From Ophelia neglecta (Eukaryota): 64,000 bases of DNA. The notes under the pieces are model-generated. The model did not search any database. It was not told the origin of the DNA and saw nothing but the letters and a program-made list of their open reading frames with translations. Shown here piece after piece: positions 25,701 through 37,175 of this stretch (its first letter is position 1; every line of letters starts with the position of its first letter). The stretch lies in the NCBI GenBank assembly GCA_965285935.1, contig OZ260667.1, forward strand, positions 39,928,001-39,992,000, read 5' to 3'. Both the position numbers and the translations under genes were made by a program.

Positions 25701-28700
25701 TTAAACAGTTCAAAGGAAACAAGAGTAGGACCCTTACTCTCCACATAAATATTACTTCTGGTAATAGGCAAATATCTGGAACCATGTGGAAAACATTATT
25801 AGTTAAATGTAATAATTATCAGCCACGAGTACTTAATACATAAATCATTTCTTTTGAATCATCAATGACATACAGGTAATGTAAATTATATTGTATACAA
25901 AAGTTGGCTATATTTTGATCATGAAGAAGACAGTGAATTACACTGAATTTTAATAAGATTAATCCTACCCTGGGGCAGTTACAGTGACTGTGTAAATGCC
26001 TGGAGTAAGTAGGCGCCAGTAATCCCCATGTTTTGCTGATGTCACATTATGATTTATTCCATACACAGATACAACAGCTCTACTGATTGGCTGACCTGTC
26101 TCGGCATCACGAATAAAACCTTTTATCCCTTTGTGTACCTAAAAGTAGTATAACGGCTTTAGATATTTTTCAAACTGCAGAATATCTAAATGTGTCTGAT
26201 CATTAACAGAGTGGTCTCCACGACAGTTAACTACTGTAAACCGGGAATTGTTCGTGGCCGTTTTAATTTTGCTATGTTCGCGATAAGGGTCCAACCGCGA
26301 AATTAATAGGAGGGAATTTAAAAACCCTAATCTGAAGATCAGTGGCCTGATCTGGTCCGCCATTGCTGTTACAAATATAGCGCTGAAATCAGCGTGCTGA
26401 TGGACAGGCTGTGTAGCTTCATTGATTGCACTTACAGTGCGATGATAGAGACTTGTAGAGAGGTGCAAAAACATAGCCAGTAATCTTATGTGGTGGTTTT
26501 AGTTGGTTTTATGACTGATTTAATTAGGCGGCGTGAGAAACTGACGACAAAGCGAATGATATTCAGCTTCCTTACACAATTGTTGTTCATAGCTACACTT
26601 CAAAGACTGGCTTAATTTGGTTTAATTGAGTTTTATTTTTTTATATTTGAGGAAATTGTATTTTGGCTTCTCTTTATGACAGTTGTTGTAGTTTCAGACG
26701 TGAGGACTCGATCACAGTTTTTGCTTTGCAGGTGCGATTCCTTCCTCGCACCTCGCTAATAAACTTGCTTGTGAGCACAATTACAATCGGCAAATTCCGG
26801 GTCCCGGTAACATTGAATTGTAATCAAGTCTCCGCAGGCGGGCTCCCCACGCTGGCCGTGTTGCACACGGCGCGCTTGGCGCTACGCTCGAGACGTCTCT
26901 CAACGACACATGATGTAAGGGCATAGCGCTCTGGAGAGCAAACAAAATGGCGGCCATTTTCGGCAACTCGGATCGCTAAATTAAAACAACGCGAATAGAC
27001 GCAGGAAGGGGAAATCGCGAACTTTTAGCGCCGCGGAAATATTGTGATTTACAGTACCATTGTAATCTTATAAAATATAATAATAATAATAACAATTATA
27101 ATATTAATAATGATTTAGCTTGTATATGGCACTTACCTGTTCAATAAATACCAGCATTGGTTCTTTATTTTTTTGCCATTCACCATCTAGCTCAATGGCA
27201 GCAGGATATTTACAGCAGGAAATTTCCAGAGTAATTTCAAAACAATTACTGTGGACATAGTTGAAGTCTTGCATTCCGCCTACAGTACAAGGAACATAGA
27301 CATAATCAACATTTCTAGGCTCATGGAATTACTTCATAATACTAGTAATTTTACTACTCAATTAGATAAAGGATATACCCAAAGTCCCTAACAGGATATT
27401 AAGGTGGGACCTCTACAATGGCTATTAGATATAAAGTGGTCTCATTGGAATCCTTAAGTAGCAAACAAGTAATTTATGTCATCATACATAACGTTCATGC
27501 ATCTTGTTTACATACAGCAGTCTTTCCACCAAAAATATTGACTTTATTCAATTTTTTGTGTAAAAAAATGCAACTTTTTTCAATCAGCCTATTCTAGAAG
27601 ATGGTCATACAGTTTTTTTTAAATCCTATCCTAAGTTGTGTTTTTGGGGCCATGATGAAACTAGTCATCAAATAAAGTACTCATGAGTGTGAATTAACCT
27701 TTACATGCCATTTAAAAATGAATAAAAAGGTGTTTTAAAATTCTGGGCTGCCATCACCTAGAACTAACTGCTGCAAACAGTTTCCATTTTACAGAATTTA
27801 ATCATCACAATATTTGACTGCGATAACTCGATTGAAAAATTGTGTATCAGTTGTAATTAAGTAAAATTAAGATAAATGACTGGCCGACTGGGGCTATTTA
27901 ATTTCATGACCAATGTCTTTTTGATTTAGCACCTATTCTAATACAGTACTAGTATGTGGTCTGAAAATTCAGAACACAATTATCTTTGATCTGTAAGAAC
28001 AGTAAATTTATGTTAAGCAAAATTTGTAAACATGTCTAGTGTTCCTTCAAATTGGGCAGTATTTGTGCATGACATAACCAAAGTGACAAATTTGATATTC
28101 TAACTCAACCTTAATTAGAGCCAGACATTAGGTGCCCTGCTAGGGGGGCATTTTTTCAGCCACATTGAAAATGAACTCGATTTTAGAATGCCGTTATGAA
28201 ACACAGGGTTGGCAAAAAGCCGGCTAATATGAGTATTAGCCGGGCCGGTGGTTAAAGCCGGTTAAAGCCGGCTTTTCATGGCCAATTCTTGGAGACAATT
28301 AACCAGGCTGGATAATTGGTTTATCTAAGGTAGTTTTGTGTACTGTTGCTGATCTCCCATTTATTAACTGTTTATCTAAGGTAAGTGTATGTACTGTTGG
28401 GGATATCTCATCCAAGTTTGCTAATTGAGTTAAAGAGTAATCAAAGTAAACCAACAAATGCCAGTCGTTGCAGTGTCTATTCTGTCTAGGTGTGATTAAC
28501 ATGCTATTTAGGTGGCTTAGGTAGGCTGGCCAGCCTTGTGAGTAACACCTAGTCTCTACTCTTAGGACTAGCAATCTACTGGTCGGCAAGTTATTGACTA
28601 TTGGTTGATACCCCAGAGCTAAATTGTGCAACAAACAACCTGTTAGTCACTGATCCATGGAGGGGATGGTCCCTCACCCAACAAGACAGCTAGCTATTGG

Positions 28701-31700
28701 TCAAAGCTGAAAGTGTCACATACATTAAGAACTGGGCTTATTAAGTTTAGTTGATCTATCCGACAGTCTGTCCTTTGCAAGCAGCCTGTACAGAGTTACT
28801 ACTTCCAAGTCTAAACATTATATTTTCAAAATGAAACCTAAAGACCCTATTTGGGGATTCTACACTCTTTGTGAAAGTGGAGGCAAAACTACTGCAATAT
28901 GCAAGGGCTGTAGTTCAGAAGTTAGTGCTAGAGCGGTGCAACTTAAGACTCACCAGGGAACCTGTTCAGCAAAAGATGAGCTTAAACCTGCCAAAAAACG
29001 ACCACTGGAAGATATTGATATACCATCAGCTATATGCACACCAAGCATGCCAGAACCCAAGCGACCCAAGCTACTGCAGAAAGAATTTACTGCATTTGCT
29101 GTGACTACTTTTCCTGCAATGAACAAGTGGCTAAAATGTTTTTTGCTTGTAACATTCCCTTTAATGTTGCAAATCATCCAGATTTTAAGAGAATGGTTGC
29201 GCTACTAAGACCAGGGTACCAGCCCCCCAACAGGAAGAGATTAGCAGGAGACTTGCTGGACAAAGTACACATTAATATAACTACAGAAATGAAAAGTGAA
29301 CTGAAGGGCAAGAATGTCACAATGATTCAGGATGGATGGAGTGATGTTCATAACACCCCTGTCATAGCAAGTACCCTCCATACTGGGGATAAATCCTACT
29401 TCTTGTCAGCAGTGGATACTGGGACTAACAAGAAAACTGCTTCCTACTGTACATCCATAGCACAAGATGCTTTGAAAGAGGCTGAGGATGGAATGTACTG
29501 TTACTGCTGTTGTAACAGACAATGAGAAGAAAATTGTTGTAATAAGAACCAATCTGAAAGAGAATAATCCAAACATTACAGTCTATGGATGCTCAGCACA
29601 CATGCTATATATCTCCTTGGTCAAGACATAACCCCTTCCCAAGTCATGTGTCAAGTGGTTGAAATCAACAAATACTTCCGGAATCACCATGTGCCTGGAG
29701 CCTTGCTGACTGAAATTCCCGGGTCTTTAAAACCACAATTACCTGCTGTTACAAGATTGAACAGTCAAATGAAGTGTGTTGAAACATACTTGAAAAACCG
29801 CCCATACATGTAACTCATTGCTGCTCAGCATGAGGAACTGATAGATGAGAGAATAAAGAAAATCATACAGAATGCTGGCTTATTCAGTGAAGCTAAGAAC
29901 TTGTATAGTCAGCTTGAACCAATCACCAAGGCACTGAACACCCTTCAGTCTGACACTGCATCAATGGCCGATGCTTGTGAGGTGTGGCTACAACTTTTGA
30001 AGGAACCATCACTCGAACCATACAAGGATAAGGTGCTAAGGAGATTCAAACGAGCATTGACTCCTACACATATGTTGGCCAACTTGTTGCACCCTCAGTA
30101 CAAAGGACAAGGCATGGATGTAGATCAACTAAATGAAGCCCAAGAAGTGTTGGTGGCAAGGAGTCCTGAGTGTATGCCAGAACTGTTGAGTTACATGGCT
30201 GATAATTTGCCTCTGCCCAAAGCCATGTTGCTTGACACAGCCATCAAAAACACTAAACCAGCAGTGTGGTGGAAGTGCATTCTCAAGACAGGAGCTGTGA
30301 ACCCTGTGCTGTGTGATATTGCACTCAAATTGTTGGCCATGCCTGCCAGCTCAGCATCTGTGGAAAGAATATTTTCAAATTTTGGTTTTATTCAAACCAA
30401 GCTTCGAAACAGACTGGGAATTCATAAAGCTGCCAAGCTTGTGGTATGCTACAGGTTTCTACGTGGAACTGAGGAACTTGACTGGTAGCAAGTGTCAGAA
30501 CAAAAAAGCTAGTGTGTGACCCTGGCTGTTTAATTGTAAGTGCATTTCCAGATGTCTGAAAGTGGTGACTTTTCACTATATCAAACACTTTCCCACACTT
30601 TTATGGATATTGTGCTGCAAACAAAGCTGGACTATGTCTGATATAGACCAATAAAAATACATGTAAATATGTTTGTTAAAAATTGTTCTGCAATATATTA
30701 CTACAGATTACATTGATAAGCTGACATTGATTAATTTAATGTTCTGTAATAAACGAAGTTTTTAATTTGGCATGAAGTGTTTATTATTCCATTATAAATA
30801 ATCAAAATCACCTAAAATAATATAGCTTAATTAACAGTATTAACCTTATTAGCCAGTAAAAGCCATCAAGGGTTGGTGATATGTGTGTTTGTCCCTTCCC
30901 GAGACTAAGCATGCATGCCCGCTCTTTTCAGCGTTGATTTGCACAGAGAATGACAGTGACAAGAGAGCATACATCAGAAAAAGATAGCAGCCTGATTTCT
31001 TGACTACCAAAGTATCCCAGCATGCAGCGCAGTCTTCCGTTTCTTGTCAGATGGTGCTAACATACACGCTATATCTGGCCATTGCATTATTGGGGGGGGG
31101 GGGGGAGATTTGCCATGTGTGTTTAGAAATGAAAGGTTTACCTTGGGAGAATTGTTACATGACCAAAAAAAGGGGTCCCTCTGTGTAAGCGGGGACTTGG
31201 TATGCATGTATATATGTAATAGCACTGTAAAATGTTAAAGTAATATTAACCTACTATAAACAATATTATTTTTTGAATTATCCTACACAAATGCCACATA
31301 CCTATTACTTCATACCACTCATTTCCATTGGTGATACCATTTTGGAAGTGTGCATTTCCACAAACTGTTTGCTCATGCATAGTGGGATGGGCCATTGAAT
31401 ATGCCTTAGAGACCTGGTTAAACACAGCTTCATCTGGGGAGGTATTTGCTGTTCCATGTTTAGTATGATCTGGGGAGTCATCATAAGGGAAGTTGGCAAC
31501 TAAAGACCCTCCATGAAGGTTGGCTGATAGTACAAATGGATTCAACATTATCCATTTCATCAGAGCCCTTGTTTCTGGCTGAAAATTGTGGCAATCTTTT
31601 AATTGTTCATGGAGGTCTATAACATCATCAGGCTCCTCAAACTGATCAGGAAAGTTACGATTTAAATCACACTTGTTCGCATTTCCTCGGCCATCCACGC

Positions 31701-32163
31701 TAGTGCAGTCACCCTCTCGTGAGTCCTCAAATCCATCAGGATTCATTGAAGGCATAATGAAGATGTTTGTGTGATCAACAAGTTTTTTTACTCGGTCATC
31801 AGTCTCATAGTTAACCAAGAGATATTCAGCCAAGCGTAACAGCATTTCCCTCCCAACGGCCTCGTTGCCATGCATGTTGCCTACATATTTAAACCATGGT
31901 TCGCCAGGCTCTTCAAAACGAACATGGTCGCTTATTTGTATTGCCCACAAGTCCCTTCCTTCGACGCTTTTTCCTATAGAATGCACCTTAGCTAGAAGAG
32001 GATACCGATTTTCGAGATCGCTCAAAAACGCTGTTAGTTGGTTATAGTGAGTGTACTTTTTGGTGTTAAGTGTATTAGATGGACTTAATGCACGACCACA
32101 CCATGTCCACGAAAAACAAACATAAATGCTTAACCAAAACATCAGAATATGTGTCGAATCCAT
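10757..32163 (-). CDS. CPD: Carboxypeptidase D (M14B), four CP domains, type I membrane protein, 28 exons, ~1780 aa
   Basis: Exons in transcript order: 31302-32163, 27137-27279, 25969-26138, 25578-25775, 23700-23940, 23195-23363, 21791-21982, 21235-21370, 20870-21017, 19581-19686, 18998-19140, 18367-18536, 17803-18038, 17453-17593, 16406-16673, 15990-16221, 15626-15734, 15325-15480, 14970-15138, 14574-14766, 14133-14268, 13675-13815, 13356-13472, 13001-13065, 12628-12759, 12313-12498, 12066-12174, 10757-11031. All introns are GT-AG, phases are consistent and the total is 5343 nt. The protein has a signal peptide; HGNE, DLNRNF, NLHGG and the catalytic Glu in domains 1-2; four transthyretin-like subdomains (e.g. 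GDYWRLL); a TM helix; and a cytosolic tail with an acidic cluster (DSESEEE). Confidence 0.95.
11095..11957 (+). mobile_element. Helentron/HINE-like element (copy 2) in the last CPD intron
   Basis: Same 5' end and satellite monomers. The 5' subterminal TATATCCGCGAATGCG is an inverted copy of the 3' terminal hairpin ATATCCGCATTTCGC(A/G)GATAT. Confidence 0.75.
17120..17370. repeat. 36-bp minisatellite, ~7 copies, in a CPD intron
   Basis: Unit AGGCTAAGGCCCATTGTCAAGGAACCA(T/C)CAACTGTT, which produces 12-aa periodic ORFs on both strands. Confidence 0.92.
22418..22600. mobile_element. Small TA-flanked MITE (Tc1/mariner-like ends); related copies at ~19904-20088 and ~35963-36144
   Basis: Ends read TAC(A/G)G...AAGACCACC and GGTGGTCTT...CACTGTA, with internal inverted similarity. 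Confidence 0.5.
24445..24745 (-). ncRNA. Putative structured intronic RNA element (long rod with three-hairpin multiloop), unassigned family
   Basis: 17-bp perfect closing stem GCCUCAUUGAGAAUGGC/GCCAUUCUCAAUGAGGC, then 7-, 14- and 12-bp helices separated by a bulge and symmetric loops, capped by three hairpins. Five G-U pairs exist only on the minus strand. Confidence 0.5.
24945..25140. repeat. Degenerate ~27-33-bp minisatellite, ~7 copies
   Basis: Recurrent CCATTGGTCTGGTAA(G/T)TTCAAA core. Confidence 0.75.
25325..25354 (-). CDS. Candidate 30-nt alternative CPD microexon encoding (G)FQKLTRRKR(S)
   Basis: Minus strand reads TACTCCAAG|CTTTCAAAAGCTTACACGGAGAAAAAGGAG|GTAAGC. The donor is strong and the phase 2-2 matches the flanking exons 25578-25775 and 23700-23940. 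The AAG acceptor is weak, but AAG is also used at three constitutive CPD introns. Confidence 0.45.
26232..27056. mobile_element. TA-flanked non-autonomous DNA element (TACTGTAAA...TTTACAGTA family) in CPD intron 2
   Basis: Imperfect TIRs TACTGTAAACCGGGAATTGTTCGTGGCC... and ...CGCCGCGGAAATATTGTGATTTACAGTA around a CpG-rich interior. A shorter relative lies at ~7846-8047. Confidence 0.6.
28204..30864 (+). mobile_element. Defective hAT DNA transposon in CPD intron 1 (antisense to CPD)
   Basis: Left end CAGGGTTGGCAAAAAGCCGG with AAAGCCGG subterminal repeats. The transposase is split over ORFs 28831-29208, 29034-29525, 29589-29813 and 29901-30488 and shows a BED zinc finger (IW..CKGC..H..C), the catalytic QDGWSD motif and the hAT dimerisation motif [12 protein letters not shown]. 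Frameshifts and an in-frame stop are present; no matching right TIR was found. Confidence 0.88.
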
Positions 32164-32204
32164 GTCGAAATATCCAAGTTATTGACAATCCGACTTCCCC
32201 ATTG

Positions 32205-32225
32205 CAAACCGGAAGCGGAAGTTTT
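32205..32225 (-). promoter_or_regulatory. Tandem ETS/GABP-type motif at the CPD 5' end
   Basis: CCGGAAGCGGAAGT about 45-60 nt upstream of the CPD ATG, typical of TATA-less housekeeping promoters. Confidence 0.5.
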
Positions 32226-32461
32226 GCTGACGACAGATCTCGAACTTGTTAGTAAACATTTCCTCGTGGACTAATTGAAGCTCGTGTAGGACTTACATTT
32301 ACCAGGGCCAGAACAGGGTTATCGCCCCCTCATGTTTTACATGACCAACTGGTCCAACAGGGACAGTAACCGTACCAATTCACGCAGGAGGGGGGGGGGG
32401 GTTCTATTCACACAAAAAATGTCATACTACCTTCAATCATGTGTATTGCAGAAATGTGTTT

Positions 32462-32955
32462 TAATTGATCACGTCACCCTGGCCGTAACCCCTGTTTTCT
32501 CCCTTCCTGACCTTGTGTTTCACCATGACTACCAATTGAGACCGTTGCCCCCCCCCCCCCCCCCTGGGTGTTTGCTACCTTGATTGATCACGTCACCCTG
32601 GGCGTTACCCCTGTTTTCTCCCTGCCTGACCATGTGTTTTTTATCATGACTACCAAGACCGTTGCCCCCCCTGGGTGGTTGCTTCCTTGATTGATCACGT
32701 CACCCTGGCCGTTACCCCTGTTTTCTCCCTCCCTGACCATGGGTTTTTATCATGACTACCAATACCGTTGCCCCCCTGGGTGTTTGCTACCTTGATTGAT
32801 CACCACACCCTGACTAATACTTGTTTTCTCCTTGCCTGATCATGTGTTTTTCATCATGACTGCCAAGACCGTTGCCCCCCTGGGTGGTTGCTACCTTGAT
32901 TGATCACTTCACCCTGGCCGTTACCCGTTTTCTCCCTGCCTGACCATGTGTTTTT
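32462..32955. repeat. Tandem repeat, ~105-120-bp unit, ~4.5 copies, upstream of CPD
   Basis: The unit TTGATCACGTCACCCTGGCCGTTACCCCTGTTTTCTCCCTGCCTGACCATGTG...GACCGTTGCCCCCCTGGGTGGTTGCTACC recurs near 32465, 32585, 32691, 32796 and 32900. Confidence 0.9.
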
Positions 32956-33342
32956 TATTATATATATATTTTTTTATCATTGTTACTACTAAAGGATTAC
33001 CCAAGCAGTAGAAACGGGTAGTTTTGCTCATGGTACTAACACCAGATCACTACTACAGTTGTTTATTTTCATTCATAGTTACGACTAAAACGTTTCTAAA
33101 GCAGTATAAACAGATAGTATGAAAAATGTATATCCGTAGTAGTGCTAGGCCTAAACTATATATGAAATGAAGAAATAAGTTACAAAGCGACCTCCTCACA
33201 GAATTTCACACTGTAAAAATTATCAAAATATAATAAATAGAAAGATGAATCTTGGACTAGGAAATATGTTGCCCTTAAAATCTTAAATCGCATGAGTCAA
33301 ACACGTTCACATTTTTTATGAAACACTACAACATCTTCAACT

Positions 33343-34415
33343 TAACTAGGCCAACGCTGTCGGGGGGCCGACAGCAAGGGGTATATCGATATATAATAGT
33401 CGATTGGAGACTATGGTATAAGGCGCAGTAGTGAATATGGTAGTTTTTAGTTGGCACGAAAAATGCTTATTTCACAGATTCTAGTAGGCTCCATATGACC
33501 TCAATAATAATGCAAAACCACCTTAAATAATATTTTGCAGGTCAATAATAAAGTAATATGAGTTAACTTATTACAAAGATTGTAGTAGGTTCTATATGAC
33601 CTTAAATAATGCAAAACGACCTTAACTAAAATAAAATCAGTTCATTAATAAAGTTCGTTTCATATGACCTCAATAATACTGCAAAACGACCTTAACTACT
33701 TTTTTTCACGTCATTAATAAAGCTAAACTAGTTAACTTATTACACAGTACTAGTTAATTTATTACACATATTGTAGTAGGTTCCATATGACCTAAATAAT
33801 AATGCAAAACGACCTTAACTAATTGTTGTTCAGGTCATTCATAGAATTAACTAGTTAACTTATTAATTGGTTCCATAAGACCTCAAAATAATGCAAAACG
33901 AATTTAACTATTTTTTTAGGACATTAATAAAGTTAACTAGTTAACCCATTACACAGATTTATATAGTTATAACATGAATCATGACACAAAATTTCAGGCC
34001 AATATCATCTATACTTTCGAATTTGTGGTAGAAAATTTTGACATTATAAATAAATTGTTTTAACTAATTAAAAATTACCGAAAGTCACCTGAATACAAAC
34101 AGTTCTTCCTCTCAATGAGGTGTATAGCTGTGTCAAATTAAAAAAGATGTATCAAAGATTCTTTGTGTAATTGCAGAAAATGCGTTTCTGACATAATTAT
34201 ATTATTGTTTTAACTAATTAATAATTATTGGAATTTCACCAAAATCTTATCAGTTCCTCCTCTCAATAAGGTCTATGGCTGTGTCAAATTTGAAAAAGAT
34301 GTAAGAAACGGTTTTTGAGTTATCGCGTCAACGACAAAGATTTGCGGCGGCGTCCGCCGCGCGGCAGCGGCGGCGGTGCTTCTGATTCCATAATATCCGC
34401 ATTTCGCGGATATAA
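33343..34415 (+). mobile_element. Helentron/HINE-like element (copy 3, most complete)
   Basis: Same 5' end, about 5-6 satellite monomers, a GCG-rich tract and a perfect 3' hairpin ATATCCGC-ATTTC-GCGGATAT at 34393-34413. Confidence 0.78.
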
Positions 34416-34467
34416 TAATGTCCAATTATGTACAGGACAAAAATTCTGTTGAGGAGAATGCCCTTAA

Positions 34468-34675
34468 GCATGCGTGCGCATCAACAGTTTTGACACATGC
34501 GCGCGCATATACGTTTTTGAGACATGCGCGCGCATGTACGTTTTTGAGTCATGCGCGCACAAGTATCATTTTAAGACATGCGGCCTTATGTACCGTTGTC
34601 ACACATGCGCGCGTATGTATGGATTTCACACATGCGCACGCCTATACTGTTTTGACAAATGCCTGCGCATGTAAT
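34468..34675. repeat. 27-bp CpG-rich minisatellite, ~8 copies
   Basis: Unit TTTTGACACATGCGCGCGCATATACGT, which gives a 9-aa periodic ORF (xHARAxTF). Confidence 0.85.
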
Positions 34676-37175
34676 TTTTTATTCTCTTTTGTATTATTAA
34701 GCACCGATGACCAAACCACAGTTATAAATTGACTTCGTAAGTGTATGTCCTGGGCCACTGCAACTTGTATGTTTACTGTGTTATCACAGCACCATGCGGA
34801 AGAATCATAGTTAATCATCAGTCAGTGAGAAATATGTGAAAACTTCAGATATATCGTAACATGGTAGGCTTTTTGCCTTGTCATGCCGAATCACTCTGTC
34901 TGAAAGACTTCGTGCCCAGATCATCCTCAGGTGCCAGACATTAACAATGAGCAATACGTCTCAAATGAACTAACCCGAATCTTTAGGTCCATTCTTGAGA
35001 GGCAAAAAATATTACACTTTATTTTCTAAACGACTGGTACGTCATTCTCTGACCCCCGTGCACCCTGATGTTGACTGGTCGGTTTGTATTTATCATGCTT
35101 GTGTTAGATAAATGATCTGTTGTATGTAGATTGCTTGCGACAAATGTATTTAGAAATGCATTAACACATAATACAATGTTCGAGGTATGTGTTAGTATTG
35201 CTTAATACAAGTACCAAGATTTTAGAATTCAATTTTTTAAGGAATAAAAGAAAAAAGGTAAAATAAAGTCATTTGGTGTTATGATCTCTTGACTTTATAT
35301 ATTTATGGTACTTGGACATAATTAAAATCTTATCCCTGTGCATTTTTGTCATGGGATTTTTTTCTGAGCTTCTTTGCTCTAAACAATGGCACAGAATAGC
35401 ACAACTATTTACTTAACTTTCTACTTTACACTTATGGTGATTAAAAAGTACGTTTACGTTTTATTATAACATGGCTTGGTGGGTTGTTCTAAGTAATACA
35501 GCCCTGACTTAGCCATTATTTCATGAATTACACCTACCCTTGTCATGGTGGTCCATAAAGCGCTGTAAGATATGTTGGTAAATATCTCTGTATGTATTCC
35601 GTAAGTGCTTGTGGAAGTGCGACCAATGCTCTTTCACCCCCTATGTGTTATCTGCTAAGCTCCATTGTATATATTTCCTGCGGTGGCCCCATGCGAGCGT
35701 CTATCTAGGATTTAATGGGATTCTCCCTGACCGCGAGGACACACCGTTAATTGTTGTTAATATTTATGATTTATTTGTTTGATGATCAATCGTACTTTGT
35801 GTCTTCTTAATTATATTTTACATTGCAGTTGTACTTGCTCTATCTTGGTCCAATAAATGTTTCTGAATCTGAATCTAAATCTGACAAAGCACACCAGAAT
35901 TGAGACATTTCCACCGGGCTTCCGAGGATAAAAGTTGCTTTCTTCACAAATGCCTAAAAAGGATACTGGGAAACCTGTATAATCAAGTCAGCCGAGGAAA
36001 AGGAAAAAAAATACCGCATAATGTGGGTGACCTTATCAGGTAGGTCAGTTAACCCAGCATACATAGGTATTTGGGTATTATTCATTGACCATAGTGGGCA
36101 GGTGACCTTATTCCACTGTTGACCACAAACACAGTTTCACTGTATAATGAAAAATTGTGTTTTTAAGGCTCGGCAATAAAGATTATATAAAAAGAGTGTT
36201 CAAAGTGTACTTTAAACTTCCTCTTCAATGATGAATTTAAAACTGGTCTGCTGATAAAAAGGTTCACCTGGTGCTTACCATAAGGTAGCGACCTAATATT
36301 GGTGTTTGTATGAACAGCGCCCAGATGCTACCTGCAAATTGAATACTGATTTAGCCTGCAGAAGATTTTTTCTTCATATTTCAATTCTTTATGTGTCGGA
36401 TTTCTGTTGTATAACACGCAACATAGTTCGGAAGACCTTAAAATGTAACCAGTTAACACAGGGATAAACGGGGATTGGACTAAGTGACCTTAGTGGGTGA
36501 CCACAAGTACAGGTTTCACTCTTTCTCTCTCTCTCTCTCCGTGTATGAATGTATATATGTATGTATGTATATGTATATATATTTGTGTGCTTCCTACCAA
36601 CATACATGTATATTTTCCCAGACACCGGGCGTGGCAGCAGCTATTATTTGGCTTCAACATTTAGTCTGTTTCAATCATTGCACAGTGTGGAGCTGCTGGC
36701 AAACGTGAACACTAAAACAGCCCTGTACCAATGATCAGGTGGTACTTAAATAACTGCAGCGTGAATCAGATCCGTTCGAACAATTATCAGCCGCTAATCA
36801 CCTGAGGCAGGTGCAGACTATATAGATTACATATTATTAAGAATCCTATTTCCCATTTTTCTGCCAGTGGTGATGCTTTCAAGTTCATATTCCCGTTCAG
36901 CATAAGGAATTCTTTTTAGCAGATAGCAGTCACGTACATGTCTGAAGATCAAATAGATGAAGGGCACTTATTTTTTCTCTTATAGATAATGTGTTTTATA
37001 CACGCAGTTCAAGTATACGTCGCTATCGTGTATATTAGAAATACCTGTATCAATACATAGTCTTATTTGCATGTGAGATACCAACACACGCACGTATTTC
37101 TATTGGGAGGGTCGGATTGACAATACGATCTGTGTTTTTGGGCTTAACAAGAATACATTCCATGATTAAAGTACT

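Noticed and set aside
34418-34732. 104-aa His/Ala/Arg-repeat ORF
   Set aside because: Product of the 27-bp minisatellite.
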